The notes under the pieces were generated by a model. That model was not told the DNA's origin, searched no databases, and saw only the letters and a list, made by a program, of their open reading frames with translations. Below are positions 25,504-36,660 of a stretch of 64,000 nucleotides of DNA, one piece after another; position 1 is the stretch's first letter, and each line of letters opens with the position of its first letter. The translations under genes and the position numbers were made by a program. Source of the DNA: Octopus bimaculoides (Eukaryota); NCBI RefSeq assembly GCF_001194135.2, contig NC_069001.1:18298569-18362568 (forward strand). The letters are read 5' to 3'.

Positions 25504-26285
25504 ATGTAGGATGGAGGTTATTTTGATCTGTAGTCCCAAGTTTAAGTAGGCGCATATTTTCCACGTGTTTATTCTGGCTAGACTTTTCACTAGCGGTGTT
25601 AAGAATGGGGGTTAACTCTAACTCGTGGTGAGAAGGGGGTTAAACTCTAACTCGTGGTGAGAAGGGGGTTAACTCTAACTCGTGGTCAGAAGGAGGCTAA
25701 CTCTGTCCAGGGTGAGTAAGGTATTTGTGTCTTTTGGACTTAAAGTTGTAGGAAGTTCATAGTAATGGAGGAAGCCCTGTTTAGGTGTAAAGTAGTTTAT
25801 TGTGGGGTGTGTAAAGCGAGTGGGGGTTGTGTGGTGAATGTTTGCGTCTAAGTAGTTTAAGTGGTTCCCGGCTAAATGGTATTATTTAGNNNNNNNNNNA
25901 TGTAGGATGGAGGTTATTTTGATCTGTAGTCCCAAGTTTAAGTAGGCGCATATTTTCCACGTGTTTATTCTGGCTAGACTTTTCACTAGCGGTGTTAAGA
26001 ATGGGGGTTAACTCTAACTCGTGGTGAGAAGGGGGTTAAACTCTAACTCGTGGTGAGAAGGGGGTTAACTCTAACTCGTGGTCAGAAGGAGGCTAACTCT
26101 GTCCAGGGTGAGTAAGGTATTTGTGTCTTTTGGACTTAAAGTTGTAGGAAGTTCATAGTAATGGAGGAAGCCCTGTTTAGGTGTAAAGTAGTTTATTGTG
26201 GGGTGTGTAAAGCGAGTGGGGGTTGTGTGGTGAATGTTTGCGTCTAAGTAGTTTAAGTGGTTCCCGGCTAAATGGTATTATTTAG
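25504..26285. repeat. Identical 386-bp direct duplicate (25504-25889 and 25900-26285) around a 10-N gap
   Basis: No difference seen by eye. Each copy has about three 27-28-bp units (gggggttaactctaactcgtggtgagaa). Confidence 0.92.
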
Positions 26286-26299
26286 ATGAAGAAGCTAGC

Positions 26300-26950
26300 G
26301 TAGTCAAGCGGGTTTACCGATACTTGGAAAAGACAAAAAAATCTATATGTAGACAAAAATTACTGTTCTCATATTTTCTATTAAGAAAAAGCGGTTTAGC
26401 CGAAAGAATTTCCAGGCGTTCGGTTAAACAGAGATTGCACCGTCTATTGATAGAGATGTAAGAAGTAGTTTTTGCGAGTATGCGCCATTCTAATCTAAGT
26501 TCTATTTTTTTGTCCTTAAGCTCCCAGATATAGCTACTAAGCCTTGCTGAATTTGCCTTACTCTTATTTCTGAATCTAGATTGGTGTATGTTGTAGCAGA
26601 GTACCATTTGGTTTTTCGTGGCTCCTATATAGGATTTTATATAGCCCTTTGTGTGTACGTCACATTGGTAAACTACGTTTTAGTGTTACATCTATTAAAC
26701 AATTGGCACTTACTTCTATCCCTGCAGCCACATAAATTATTAGGTATATCTGTGTTCGTGTTATGTTGTGAGGGGCTATTACTACTCTGGTCTTTGTCTA
26801 TGTTACTAGGAGGCGCTTCATTAATGGTGGGAATTGTTCTACTGTCTGTTGGTTGTTAGCTTTATTGTTCCTAATCTTCCTAGCTTCATAAAACGTGTCT
26901 AGCTTTTATTATTATTATTAATTGAGGCTTGATGGTAGCTAGGTTACTAG
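26300..26950 (-). mobile_element. Penelope-like element, GIY-YIG endonuclease end
   Basis: LCGCRDRSKC...NVVYQCDV...YIGATKN...SARLSSYIWELKD...WRIL...CNLCLTERLEI (ORF 26314-26607 and upstream). Confidence 0.9.
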
Positions 26951-27355
26951 TTAGGCTGTGGCCTACTCTAATTTTATTCCTAAATATTGCTGCATATTTA
27001 TTATTTACGTTTAAGTGTTTATCTACAATTTTCATTAACTAACTTCTTCCTGTTATTTTTCCTCCATTTATTTCTTGCATATANNNNNNNNNNNNNNNNN
27101 NNNNNNNNNNNNNNNNNNNNNNNNNNNNNNNNNNNNNNNNNNNNNNNNNNNNNNNNNNNNNNNNNNNNNNNNNNNNNNNNNNNNNNNNNNNNNNNNNNNN
27201 NNNNNNNNNNNNNNNNNNNNNNNNNNNNNNNNNNNNNNNNNNNNNNNNNNNNNNNNNNNNNNNNNNNNNNNNNNNNNNNNNNNNNNNNNNNNNNNNNNNN
27301 NNNNNNNNNNNNNNNNNNNNNNNNNNNNNNNNNNNNNNNNNNNNNNNNNNNNNNN

Positions 27356-27389
<34 letters not shown>

Positions 27390-27400
27390 CATATATATAA

Positions 27401-28030
27401 TGTTGTTTAATTCCTCTAACCAATACAGTTACAGGACAAGGACATTCCGACAGCATTTCTAAATTATTTCGAAAACCAAGCCATTAATATAAATATTTTG
27501 TATCACCACTGATGGTACACGTGCAATGTTTGGAAAGGAAAAAGGATTTGTTAAGTATCTTGAAAACCACTGTGGACACAATGTAATGAGTTTTAATTGC
27601 ATACAACATGAGGAAAATTTAGTCGCAAAAATTTCGTCACAAAGCTTGAGTTCTGTCACAAAGACTGTTGTTAAAATAGTTAACTTCATAGTTTCTCGCT
27701 CTTCACTGACTCACAATCGATTTAAGTCTCTTCTGCAAGAACTGGGCAGCGAGAAGAAATAAAAATATTTCTCAGAATTGAACAATTAAAACTGGTTATT
27801 TAAAGTGATGTTTCTAACTTACATTAAGCAAACACTTGAATGATTTAAATTTGTATTTACAAGGGAGAGATCAAAAAGACTGTCCCACATGATCCTATTT
27901 AGAGCTTCTGATTGATTATCCGCAGCAAGTTGGCACAACCGAGTAGGAGACAAATTGCGACAATACCAACCAATCAAAGTAGTGGATGCAACGTGATCCA
28001 AACAGCGGTCAAAAGCTAGCTGTTCCCTAC
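27401..28030 (+). mobile_element. hAT (Charlie/SPIN-like) transposase, central/C-terminal part, internally deleted
   Basis: CCLIPLTNTVTGQ...TDGTRAMFGKEKGFV...FNCIQHEENL (CxxH motif)...VVKIVNFI; WLFKVMFL. Confidence 0.88.
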
Positions 28031-28779
28031 TACGTTCGAATGCATGTATATATAATAAATGAATAAATGAATATTCGTGAATAACTCTAAGGTTGTTTTC
28101 TAACCAATACTCTAGAAACAATGTAAATCTGACTCACAAGGTCTTATTCAACATTTTCTTCATTAAATTCAAATTCAATCGTTTAAACAGTATTATATAT
28201 AAAAAAACGAGTGCTCTCTCTTAGTTTACTTGTTTTTAAGGCCTGTCATAAAAAAGCTTTTGTCTAATTCTTTTTCTTCTAAGAGTTTACTTGTTGAGAA
28301 GAAAGACAAGAATTAAATTTCTTAACTAATTCTTCTAGAAAGAATTTAGGTAAATGACTTAAGGTCATCATGGAGAAAAATAGATAATCCAATGTCTATT
28401 TCATGAGCGTGACAATAATTCAACACTACATGACATGTAGAACGTTGAGTGATAAAGCTTTCTGCAGCAGCCTAAAAGTCTCTGGAAAATATCAGAAATC
28501 CTGGGTTTTTATAAGTTACTTTAGATGATATTTCTAGAAGCGTCCAGAAACTAAATTTCAGAACAATTTTTGATCGAAAATTAGTACGGCTTCGGTTAAT
28601 AGCGTATTAATCCAATGAAAAGAATCTTTTCAATTGACTTCGTCTAAACTTGTACTTTAGTGCAAAAAGAAAATTTCCACGGAACGACTCCAGCTGATTT
28701 CAAAACATATCTGCTACAAAGCTTTTCACTACACAGTGCTTGATCTTTTTGAACACTGGAATGGAATTTTGTTAAAATT

Positions 28780-29650
28780 AGCTATTTTGGCGCACATGGC
28801 GGAAACGTAACCCACCCACTCACACTATTGTATTATTATTTTTTTTTTGGGGGGACCTTTATGATTTGACGGGCAACATTTATTTCGTATACTTGTATAT
28901 TTTGTGGTATAGAATAGATAAAAAAATTTGTATTCGAAGTTATTTCACGTTAAAAATTGTCTTATCTGGTCACGGATAAAACGTAGACTGAAATATAAAA
29001 GTGGATCATGTGGTAACATGAAATGGTCACATATTGATGAGCCAATGTACCGTGATTATTACGATATGAAGTGTGGGAATTCGTGGGAGAACTTTCAGAC
29101 ATTTATCAAGCACATAGCCGAAAAATATCCACANNNNNNNNNNNNNNNNNNNNNNNNNNNNNNNNNNNNNNNNNNNNNNNNNNNNNNNNNNNNNNNNNNN
29201 NNNNNNNNNNNNNNNNNNNNNNNNNNNNNNNNNNNNNNNNNNNNNNNNNNNNNNNNNNNNNNNATTTCTAGCATATCAAGTTTCCCTCAGTGTCTAATCC
29301 CAATGTGCACCTTTTTTAAAATTTATTTACGTTGTTTAGAAAATAAAAATTATTTTGTTCACAAAATTTAATTAAAAGAAAAAAAATGTATGAAGTTAAC
29401 AAAAACAGATAGTGTGTTATTTTTATTCCTTCTACCTATCTACGTTGTTTAGAAAAGAAAAAAGTAATTTTAAAAAAATTATTTACTTTGTTTAAAAGAA
29501 ATTATTTACTAATTTGCATACGCGCGCACGCGCACACATGTATTCATTTGCGCGCGCGCGCACTTTTCGTAGGATCGACCACTCACGACTAGCTAGCGCG
29601 GACGCGCGACAGCGCGACTGCGCGTTCGGGTCCGCTCTGCTTGAGTAGTA
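28780..29650. promoter_or_regulatory. Candidate unmethylated promoter / CpG-rich region
   Basis: Dense CpG at 29520-29640 (cgcgcgcacgcgc..., gcgcgcgcgcgc, cgcggacgcgcgacagcgcg) and a YY1/ETS-like acatggcggaa near 28793. The rest of the window is CpG-depleted. Confidence 0.5.
29019..29133 (+). CDS. Candidate coding exon fragment, product unknown, cut by a gap
   Basis: Open, non-repetitive frame MKWSHIDEPMYRDYYDMKCGNSWENFQTFIKHIAEKYP. No homology I can confirm. Confidence 0.25.
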
Positions 29651-31249
29651 CCGTTATTTTTGTGCTCAGGAACATTTTCACAAAAAAATATATCAATCAT
29701 CATCATTATCTAACATCCATGTTCCTTGCTGGCACGGGCTGGACGGTTTGCCAGTTCCCCTCCAAGGTACAAGTCAGGGCAAATTTGTTTATGGAAGACC
29801 AGCAGTCACTCATGCATACCAGCCCTACCCTCTCCAAGCCACCAATGTTATCCAAGGGAAAGGCAGAGACTGATACAAACCATCTAGTTGGATGTAGTAC
29901 GTTGTATTTGTTGGTTTAACACTATTTAGATGCTATAACTTGTAGACATTGACATCTGATGAATGTATATTTTATTTCTGATGACTGTCATGTGAACAGT
30001 TATGTTGAATGTGAGCTGAATATATTTTGATGCATGAAGACCAACAAAGATATAAATTGTGGTATTATTTACATGTCTAATGTTTCCAAAGGCAGCAAAT
30101 GATAATGCGACAGAGATATAAAATAAACGTTGTAAGAAATGAGAGATTGATTGGATGATTTGTGAAAAGCTTGTACGATTTAGTTTTATGTAAATTTACT
30201 GGATAGATCAACATACATTTCTTATAGATCAAGACATTTCCGTTTCAAATGGCAATGCAGAAACTCGTTAAATTAGCCGAATTTTCCAACGTACCTATAC
30301 GTAAAATATTTGCACGGTTGATAGATTGAAGCGAGAACATTGTTTTCATGTTATGTGGATTTCCCTTAAAGATAATTATTTGGATTAAAGCTGCTGAAAG
30401 CAGTGGATGTATGCTTTTATGTAGTTTTATAAATGAAAAATGAATCTCCGTGAAATATTGAATTGTGCAATAAAAATACTGCCAGCTGTGGAACGCAAAA
30501 TTTGACATTAATGGAAGAAATACCGTAAGAATAGATCGTGTTGGGCAGAAGTGATTGATCGGATGTATCTTTGCATTTGAAAGTATAAATATGTTAATGA
30601 TATTGGAAAGTATAATTTTCTGTCTGCTCTAAATTGAAAAAGTAAACGGTGGTTTAATGTGCAGGAGGTGTGATATACAAATTTATATTGCAAGATTTGT
30701 AAAGGGTAGATGGATTATCAAGGTTGCCAGAGAGCAGCACCAAAACTCATATGTCTATAGAATTCAGAAATAACACCAGGCTGGGGGACGCTAGAATAGG
30801 AGAGACTTTTAATGATGTCAATATCAGTAAATAATAGAAATAGGCAAACAGCGTTTTTTTTTTTTCGAAGAGACAAGTCAATCAAAAACAGACAAGCGAA
30901 ACTATTTTATCGATAGGAGGGAAAAAAAGTTAAAAGTATATAAGGCCAATCAAACTAATTTGGTCAATTGAAGACAAAAACAATTGCTATTCTATCGAAT
31001 GGGATCTAATTATTTGCATGTTAGCATGGCTATTGTTATTTTAAGTTTGATTCTATGTCAAACCATGGGTATGTGTGGTTAAGAAGCTTACTTCCGAAAC
31101 ATCTGGTTTCAGGCTCTTCTAAGCCATATCTGTATGGGAAGTACGCGTTGCAAGCTTTACTTGATCGAGAGGAGAGTCGTTCTAAAAAATTCACGTCTTC
31201 TGAGTGTTTTCCTAGATGCCAAATATTTTGTCGCTATCGTCGTGAAAAA

Positions 31250-31335
31250 AAACTTTTTACAATGCAGTTGTCTCCCTTCTCATACTAGGTTTCTACCTAG
31301 TATGAGAAGGGAGACAACTGCATTGTAAAAAGTTT
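31250..31335. repeat. Perfect 41-bp inverted repeat with 4-nt loop
   Basis: aaactttttacaatgcagttgtctcccttctcatactaggt (31250-31290), loop ttct, exact reverse complement at 31295-31335. Confidence 0.97.
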
Positions 31336-31524
31336 GTACGTCTGAATAACTGACACCCTTCAGACACCGCTCCATGGGAGGCAACTCTACTTTCCCTTCT
31401 GAAAAACATTATAACTTTTCCCCACTTTTTCGTTCTTGTATCTTTCCCTTCCATTATTCCTTTCTTTTTTCTGTCTCCCTTTTACTATTACACTCTAGCA
31501 GAGCAGAAAATATATTTGTATTTA

Positions 31525-32520
31525 TATCATCATCATCTTCATTTAACGTCTGCTTTCCATGCTAGCATGAGTTAGACTGGGACTAGTAAGCCAGAGATCT
31601 GCACCAGTCAGATTTGGCTTGATTTCTACGGTTGGATAACCTTCATAACACCAACTATTCCGAAAGTATAATGGGTGCTTTTTACGTGCCACCGTCACGG
31701 ATGCCATTTACATGTCACGACCACGATTAAGATTTCACAGGTGCCATTCAGATGACACTGGCAACAGCAACGACTATGATTTCACTTGGTTTGACAAGTT
31801 TTCTCAAGCACAGCATATCGCCAAAGGTTTCGGTCACCTGTCATCACCACTGTTAGGTCCAACATTCGAAGATCGTGCTTCACCACCTTCTCTCATGTCT
31901 TCCCGGGTCCTACTCCCAGTTAGAGCTTGGCACTTCTTCACACAGCTGCCCTCGTTCATACACATCACATAACCATACCAGCACACCTGATACCTCTTAT
32001 GCCTAGTTTTTCTCTCAAGACATTTACACTCTGACATTGCACATCCAGCGAAGCATACTGGCTCCGTCTCTTTCAATCCTTCACATGTCCTCTGTGGTCA
32101 CAGCCCATGTTTCACTGATGTGTAGCACAGCTGTTTGCACACAGTCTGCCTTTCATTTTGAGGAAGAGGCCCTTTGTTAGCAACAGAGTTAGAAACTCTC
32201 GGAACGTTGCCCAGCCTTATTTTTATTCTAGGAGCTACGCTCTCGGAGCATCCACCTCCACTGCTGACTTGGTCACCTAGGTAACGGAAGCTATCAACTA
32301 CTTCTAGTTTTATCTCCTAGTATTTGATGGAATCTATTTTCCGTACATTTGTAGTGTTTATTGTACCTGTACATCTGCCAAACCCAAAGACTATTTTCCC
32401 TGATATTGCTGCATCTGTGTCCATAGCTTGTACCTCATATGAGTCCATAGCTTACCCCAGGTACTCCATAAGATTTATGGAGTTTCTGTGTATGCCTTTT
32501 GACAGATGAAGCAGGGCCAT
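31525..32520 (-). mobile_element. RTE LINE 3' portion including a PHD-like Cys region
   Basis: (cat)n tail; CVKKCQALTGSRTRE; WYGYVMCMNEGSCV; RWPCFIC...KLWT...GKIVFGFGRCTGTIN. Confidence 0.85.
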
Positions 32521-33085
32521 CTACCTGAAGGGATTTGTGATTTATCCTCTTTCCTACTTCCTAAGTCTTTGACCCAACAATGTATTTTATAGTAAATAGG
32601 AAAGATGATGGTACAGACTCACTCCAGCAGTTCATTTAGCTATATTGCATTGCAGTTGTGTTGTCTGTTCAATAATTCTAAATCATTTGGGGAAGGGGCA
32701 TTTACAAACTTTGATGGTATAACCTTTCATATTGTGATATACCCCTTGAGGGTTTAATGCAATCTTGTGGATTTTTCCTACTGTATAGTTATCTTTTATT
32801 TACTTCACTCAATTTACTGCAACCATGTGATAAAGTTTCTTTACATAACTGCTTACAGTTTATCTTTAAGGGCACTGCCATTTGTTGGCAGTTCTCATAG
32901 ACAGTAGATAATGTCACATATAATTGCAGCTGTTGGTTCATGAATTTATTATTCACTTTCTCCTTATTTGTTCAGTGTTTTTTTGGAGTCTTTCAACATT
33001 TGTTTGGAAAGAAATCATGCATTGTTGTATTTTCTCACTTCAATCAATAACTTGTAGGTACGTGGTATTTCGTTATGCAACCAAA

Positions 33086-33290
33086 ATCTTAATATATAAA
33101 ACTGAGAAAGTGTCTGTCTGTCAGTGTGAATCCCTAAAATTCGAGAACTACCCAACCGATTTCATCGAAATTTTACACATGCCTTACATAAGGTCCATAC
33201 AATGTCATGGGTCAATTTTCAACTTTTTGCCTAATGCGAGTCCGGAGCAATCTCTTACACTTATCTCCTACACTCTTTTATTTCTACGCC
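33086..33290 (+). mobile_element. Non-autonomous Helitron-like 5' fragment
   Basis: tcttaatatataaaa...gtgtctgtctgtc...ccaaccgatttcatcgaaatttt, the typical 5' layout of Helitron-derived short elements. Confidence 0.6.
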
Positions 33291-33544
33291 AGTAAAAGAA
33301 TTTGTTAGGGTTGATTCCCTTTGACTGTCCGTTCTGTTACCACCCCTTCCTCTAGTATGTGCTACTATGGTCTTAGTGACTCAGTCACTTCTTATTCATA
33401 TTCGGATCAATAGGATCTCCGTAAATGGCTTCTCTATTTTCGTGTGGTGTATTGGTATTATGTGCTGCAATTCTGTATAGATATGAGTTTTGGTGCTGCT
33501 CTTTCTAGCGGTTCGTCCTTCTATTTCTATGCCTCAAGTGTAGC

Positions 33545-33652
33545 AGGCGGTCGGGACGAAGCCAGAGGAAACTCTGGTGGAAGTCCGAAGCGCCTCTGAC
33601 GTGCAAATCGATCGTCGGAACCGGGTGTAGGGGCAAAAGACCAATCGAGCCG

Positions 33653-33695
<43 letters not shown>

Positions 33696-34270
33696 CGCCA
33701 GCGGGAGAACGACACGCAATTCCGTCCGGTAAAGCGAATGACTGGAGGGCCCCGGGGACGTTGACGGCCTCGATCTACTCTCGAACTGTCCCGATCGGAG
33801 GCGGCTGTATAGCGCAATGTAAGCCGAACTGGTGATGTGCAATGAACCGAACATCCGGCTAANNNNNNNNNNNNNNNNNNNNNNNNNNNNNNNNNNNNNN
33901 NNNNNNNNNNNNNNNNNNNNNNNNNNNNNNNNNNNNNNNNNNNNNNNNNNNNNNNNNNNNNNNNNNNNNNNNNNNNNNNNNNNNNNNNNNNNNNNNNNNN
34001 NNNNNNNNNNNNNNNNNNAGCACGGGTCAGTCGGTCCTAAGAAACGGGCGAAAGCTTCCACGAAAGGCACCGGATCCGTCGTTGTTAATGCACGCAAGCG
34101 GCCGGCCTCGTATCTAAAGGGAGCTCGCAGAGTTGCCGGGAGTCCCGGGAAGAGTTCTCTCTTCTTCGTAAAGGACCGCATCCGTGGAATCGGCTCGTCG
34201 GGAGATACGGTTATGGTACCTGTAGAGCACCGCCTCTCAGGCGGCGTCCGGTGCCCCTAGAAAATCCAGG
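33545..34270 (+). pseudogene. 28S rRNA pseudogene fragment (domain II to D7 region)
   Basis: Core motifs gacgaagccagaggaaactctggtgg, ctgacgtgcaaatcg, tctagtagctggttccctccgaagtttccctcaggatagctgg, gggtcagtcggtcctaag, cccgggaagagttctct, gaaaatcc. Core substitutions and deletions; no flanking rDNA. Confidence 0.92.
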
Positions 34271-34904
34271 TCCGTAATGATTCAAGAGTGAATTGCAGGT
34301 CGTCCATTGTCTTACAGAAAACGACACGAAGGCCTGATTCTAAAAGTGGCAGGAACGCTGGAACCATTGTGTTGTAGAAGATGACTATTTGCAAAATGTT
34401 AATTTATTCTAATTAATCCTGGAACTTTTTGATTCCACATTATACATTCAGAGAAATATCTACCCCATTTGTCGTCACACAACTACAGTTTATGGCAACT
34501 TTTATTACATGATTACGCTCATGTGCAGATTAAACGTAAACATTGATCTCACAAAGTTATTTATATAGGTTTTCTGTAGTTTCCATTGATAGTATTNNNN
34601 NNNNNNNNNNNNNNNNNNNNNNNNNNNNNNNNNNNNNNNNNNNNNNNNNNNNNNNNNNNNNNNNNNNNNNNNNNNNNNNNNNNNNNNNNNNNNNNNACAC
34701 ATACATGTGTATATATACATATATAGATAGATAGATGTATATATATCTGTTTATTTCTTCGTGTTCCTTTCTGTTGAAGAGCATAGGCTTGAAATGCTAA
34801 AGATTTTCTCACCTTCCTGAGCGTTAAACTAATACACCTGTTTGTTGTTTTTCCACCTCTCTTCATCTTTTGTTTTTCTGTAAATTTCAACTATATATAT
34901 ATAT

Positions 34905-35180
34905 ACTATAGCCTCGATCTGACCAAAGCTTTGTGAGCGGAATTCACACATGGAAACTGAAAGAATACTGTCGTATATATGTGTGTGTGTGTCTGTGTTT
35001 GTACCCCCACCATCACTTGACAACGGATGTTACTGTGTTTATGTCCCCGTAACTTAGTGGTTCGGCAAGAGACACAAATAGAATAAGTACTAAGCTTACA
35101 AAGAATGGATCCTGGGATCGATTTGCTCAACTAAAAGCAGTACTTCAGCATGGCTGCAGTCAAATGACTGAAACAAGTAA
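34905..35180 (+). mobile_element. SINE 3' portions (family A with long tail)
   Basis: atagcctcg..ctgaccaaagc.ttgtgag...aacttagtggttcggcaa...cagcatggctgcagtcaaatgactgaaacaag. Reverse match to 43665-43910. Confidence 0.75.
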
Positions 35181-35230
35181 AACAATAAACAACTATGCCA
35201 TTTTAATCCCGAGCAACACTGTATATCTGC

Positions 35231-35860
35231 TAGTTCTTTATGAATACAATCATTGTCACAGTATCTTGCAACAATTGCTAGGCATGCCATTTCATTCATG
35301 TCAGTACTTTCATCACTAGCGACATTGAATTCAGCAGCGTTTTGTAATCCAGCTTTTTATTTTATTGTTATGTTTTCAGTTATATTAGATATACGTCTCT
35401 CAATTGATCTTGCAGAAGTTGGTATTTCTTGAATTCGAGACAGTATTGTTTCAGCATTTGGTAAATCATTGAACAAAATTTTAGCACTTCTCAGAAAAAC
35501 TTTTTTGATAAATTCTCCAATTACCTATCTCAGCTATACATTGGGCAATTGTGTAACTACGTTTGTTGGCTTTATTTTTGGTTCCAAGCATTTGAACAAA
35601 AACAGAAGTGCTTTTTTTAAAACTAGAAATAGCCCTTTTTATGGCTTCACTTTTCTCATCAGTTTTTAAATGAAGTCTGTCTACTTTGATAGTGTCTTTG
35701 TACACTTGATGTACGACATACGACAGATTCACAGCAGAATGCACACACAACATGATCGTTTTGTCATACAAATCCATATTCAGTCTCCAGTAATCTTGAA
35801 ATGAACAAACATCAAGTTTTTGTCTTTTGTTATTCATCTTACGTTTATTTTTTGCCAAGA
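35231..35860 (-). mobile_element. hAT (Charlie/SPIN-like) transposase, N-terminal part
   Basis: BED-like VCAFCCESVVCRTSSVQRHY (alternate frame), SYTIAQCIAE, and FNVASDESTDMNEMACLAIVARYCDNDCIHKEL containing the first catalytic D. Confidence 0.88.
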
Positions 35861-35934
35861 GGTGTGCATGTCATTGTGAATTGGTCCCTTTTCCACACAT
35901 GGTGCGCATGCCATAGGTTGCTGACACCTGTGCT

Positions 35935-36240
35935 AGTGTATACTCACAAGGAATGGGGATCAAAGCATAGATGGGATGGTAGAATAAGAGAGAGATACAT
36001 GGTAACAATTGCTAGGGAATGCTCTTAAGGCACAGAGTTCATAATATACATGGCCAAGTATGGCCAAGTATTGCCAAGAAGGTGTGAGTAGGGAGTCAGA
36101 GTGGATATTGCAGTGACTGGTGAGAACCTGGGTATAAAGAAGGGGATGGGGAAAGCAGCAATACAGTGAACAGGGCAGTGAGGGTGGGGATGGGGGTGTA
36201 TGAAGAGGAATAGAAAAGATACACTTTAGGAGCAATATAG
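35935..36240 (-). repeat. Second copy of the 12480-13080 repeat
   Basis: Reverse complement shares cttcatacac, ccctgttc.ctgtat, tatacccaggtt, ccctagca, accatccca and ccttgtgagtat in order. Confidence 0.75.
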
Positions 36241-36531
36241 TTTGGTAGGGTGTGTGAGAATTTTATTGTTATGTGTGGATGGGACAGAATGCTTCTAGCA
36301 CTCAATTTCGCTGATGAGGGCAGGCCCTCTCCAGAACCTCATATCATCAGATATCTCGATCTATTGTCATTTCTTCTGTGAGCCCTCATATCTTTCCTCA
36401 TTGCATCCTGTCTTCCTGGGTCTCCCTCTTCCACAGTGACCAGCATTGCTTTATACAGCTGTCTTCATTCATATGCATCACATATCCAAACCAAAGTAGA
36501 CTTATAACTGTTTTAAATAATACACACACAT

Positions 36532-36660
36532 CTGGTGTTGCTGTGTGGTAAGAACTTTGTTTCCAAACCACATGGTATAGGGTTCAGTTCCACTGCATGA
36601 CACCGGGCTGACTAAACCCTTGTGACAGGATTTATTAGACAGTAACTGAAAGACCACACA
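36532..36660 (+). mobile_element. SINE family A, internally deleted
   Basis: gtgtggtaagaa...aaccacatggt...ggttcagttccactgc. Confidence 0.7.

Noticed and set aside
31055-31328. Short ORFs next to the perfect hairpin (77 aa, 64 aa)
   Set aside because: No recognisable homology or splice signals, and the lengths are compatible with chance. They are covered by the promoter-block finding.
33654-34260. ORFs over the GC-rich 33.5-34.3 kb segment
   Set aside because: Spurious frames of the 28S rRNA pseudogene.
33545-34270. Functional rDNA unit, or rDNA-targeted R2/R4 insertion site
   Set aside because: No 18S, 5.8S or ITS flanks, the core is damaged, and none of the R4/Dong-like copies is adjacent to it.
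36310-36355. CTGATGA motifs on both strands
   Set aside because: They pair with each other as a short imperfect inverted repeat and do not give hammerhead topology. Other CTGA(T/A)GA hits (about 39749, 46003, 46981, 58943) lack stem II plus GAAA.
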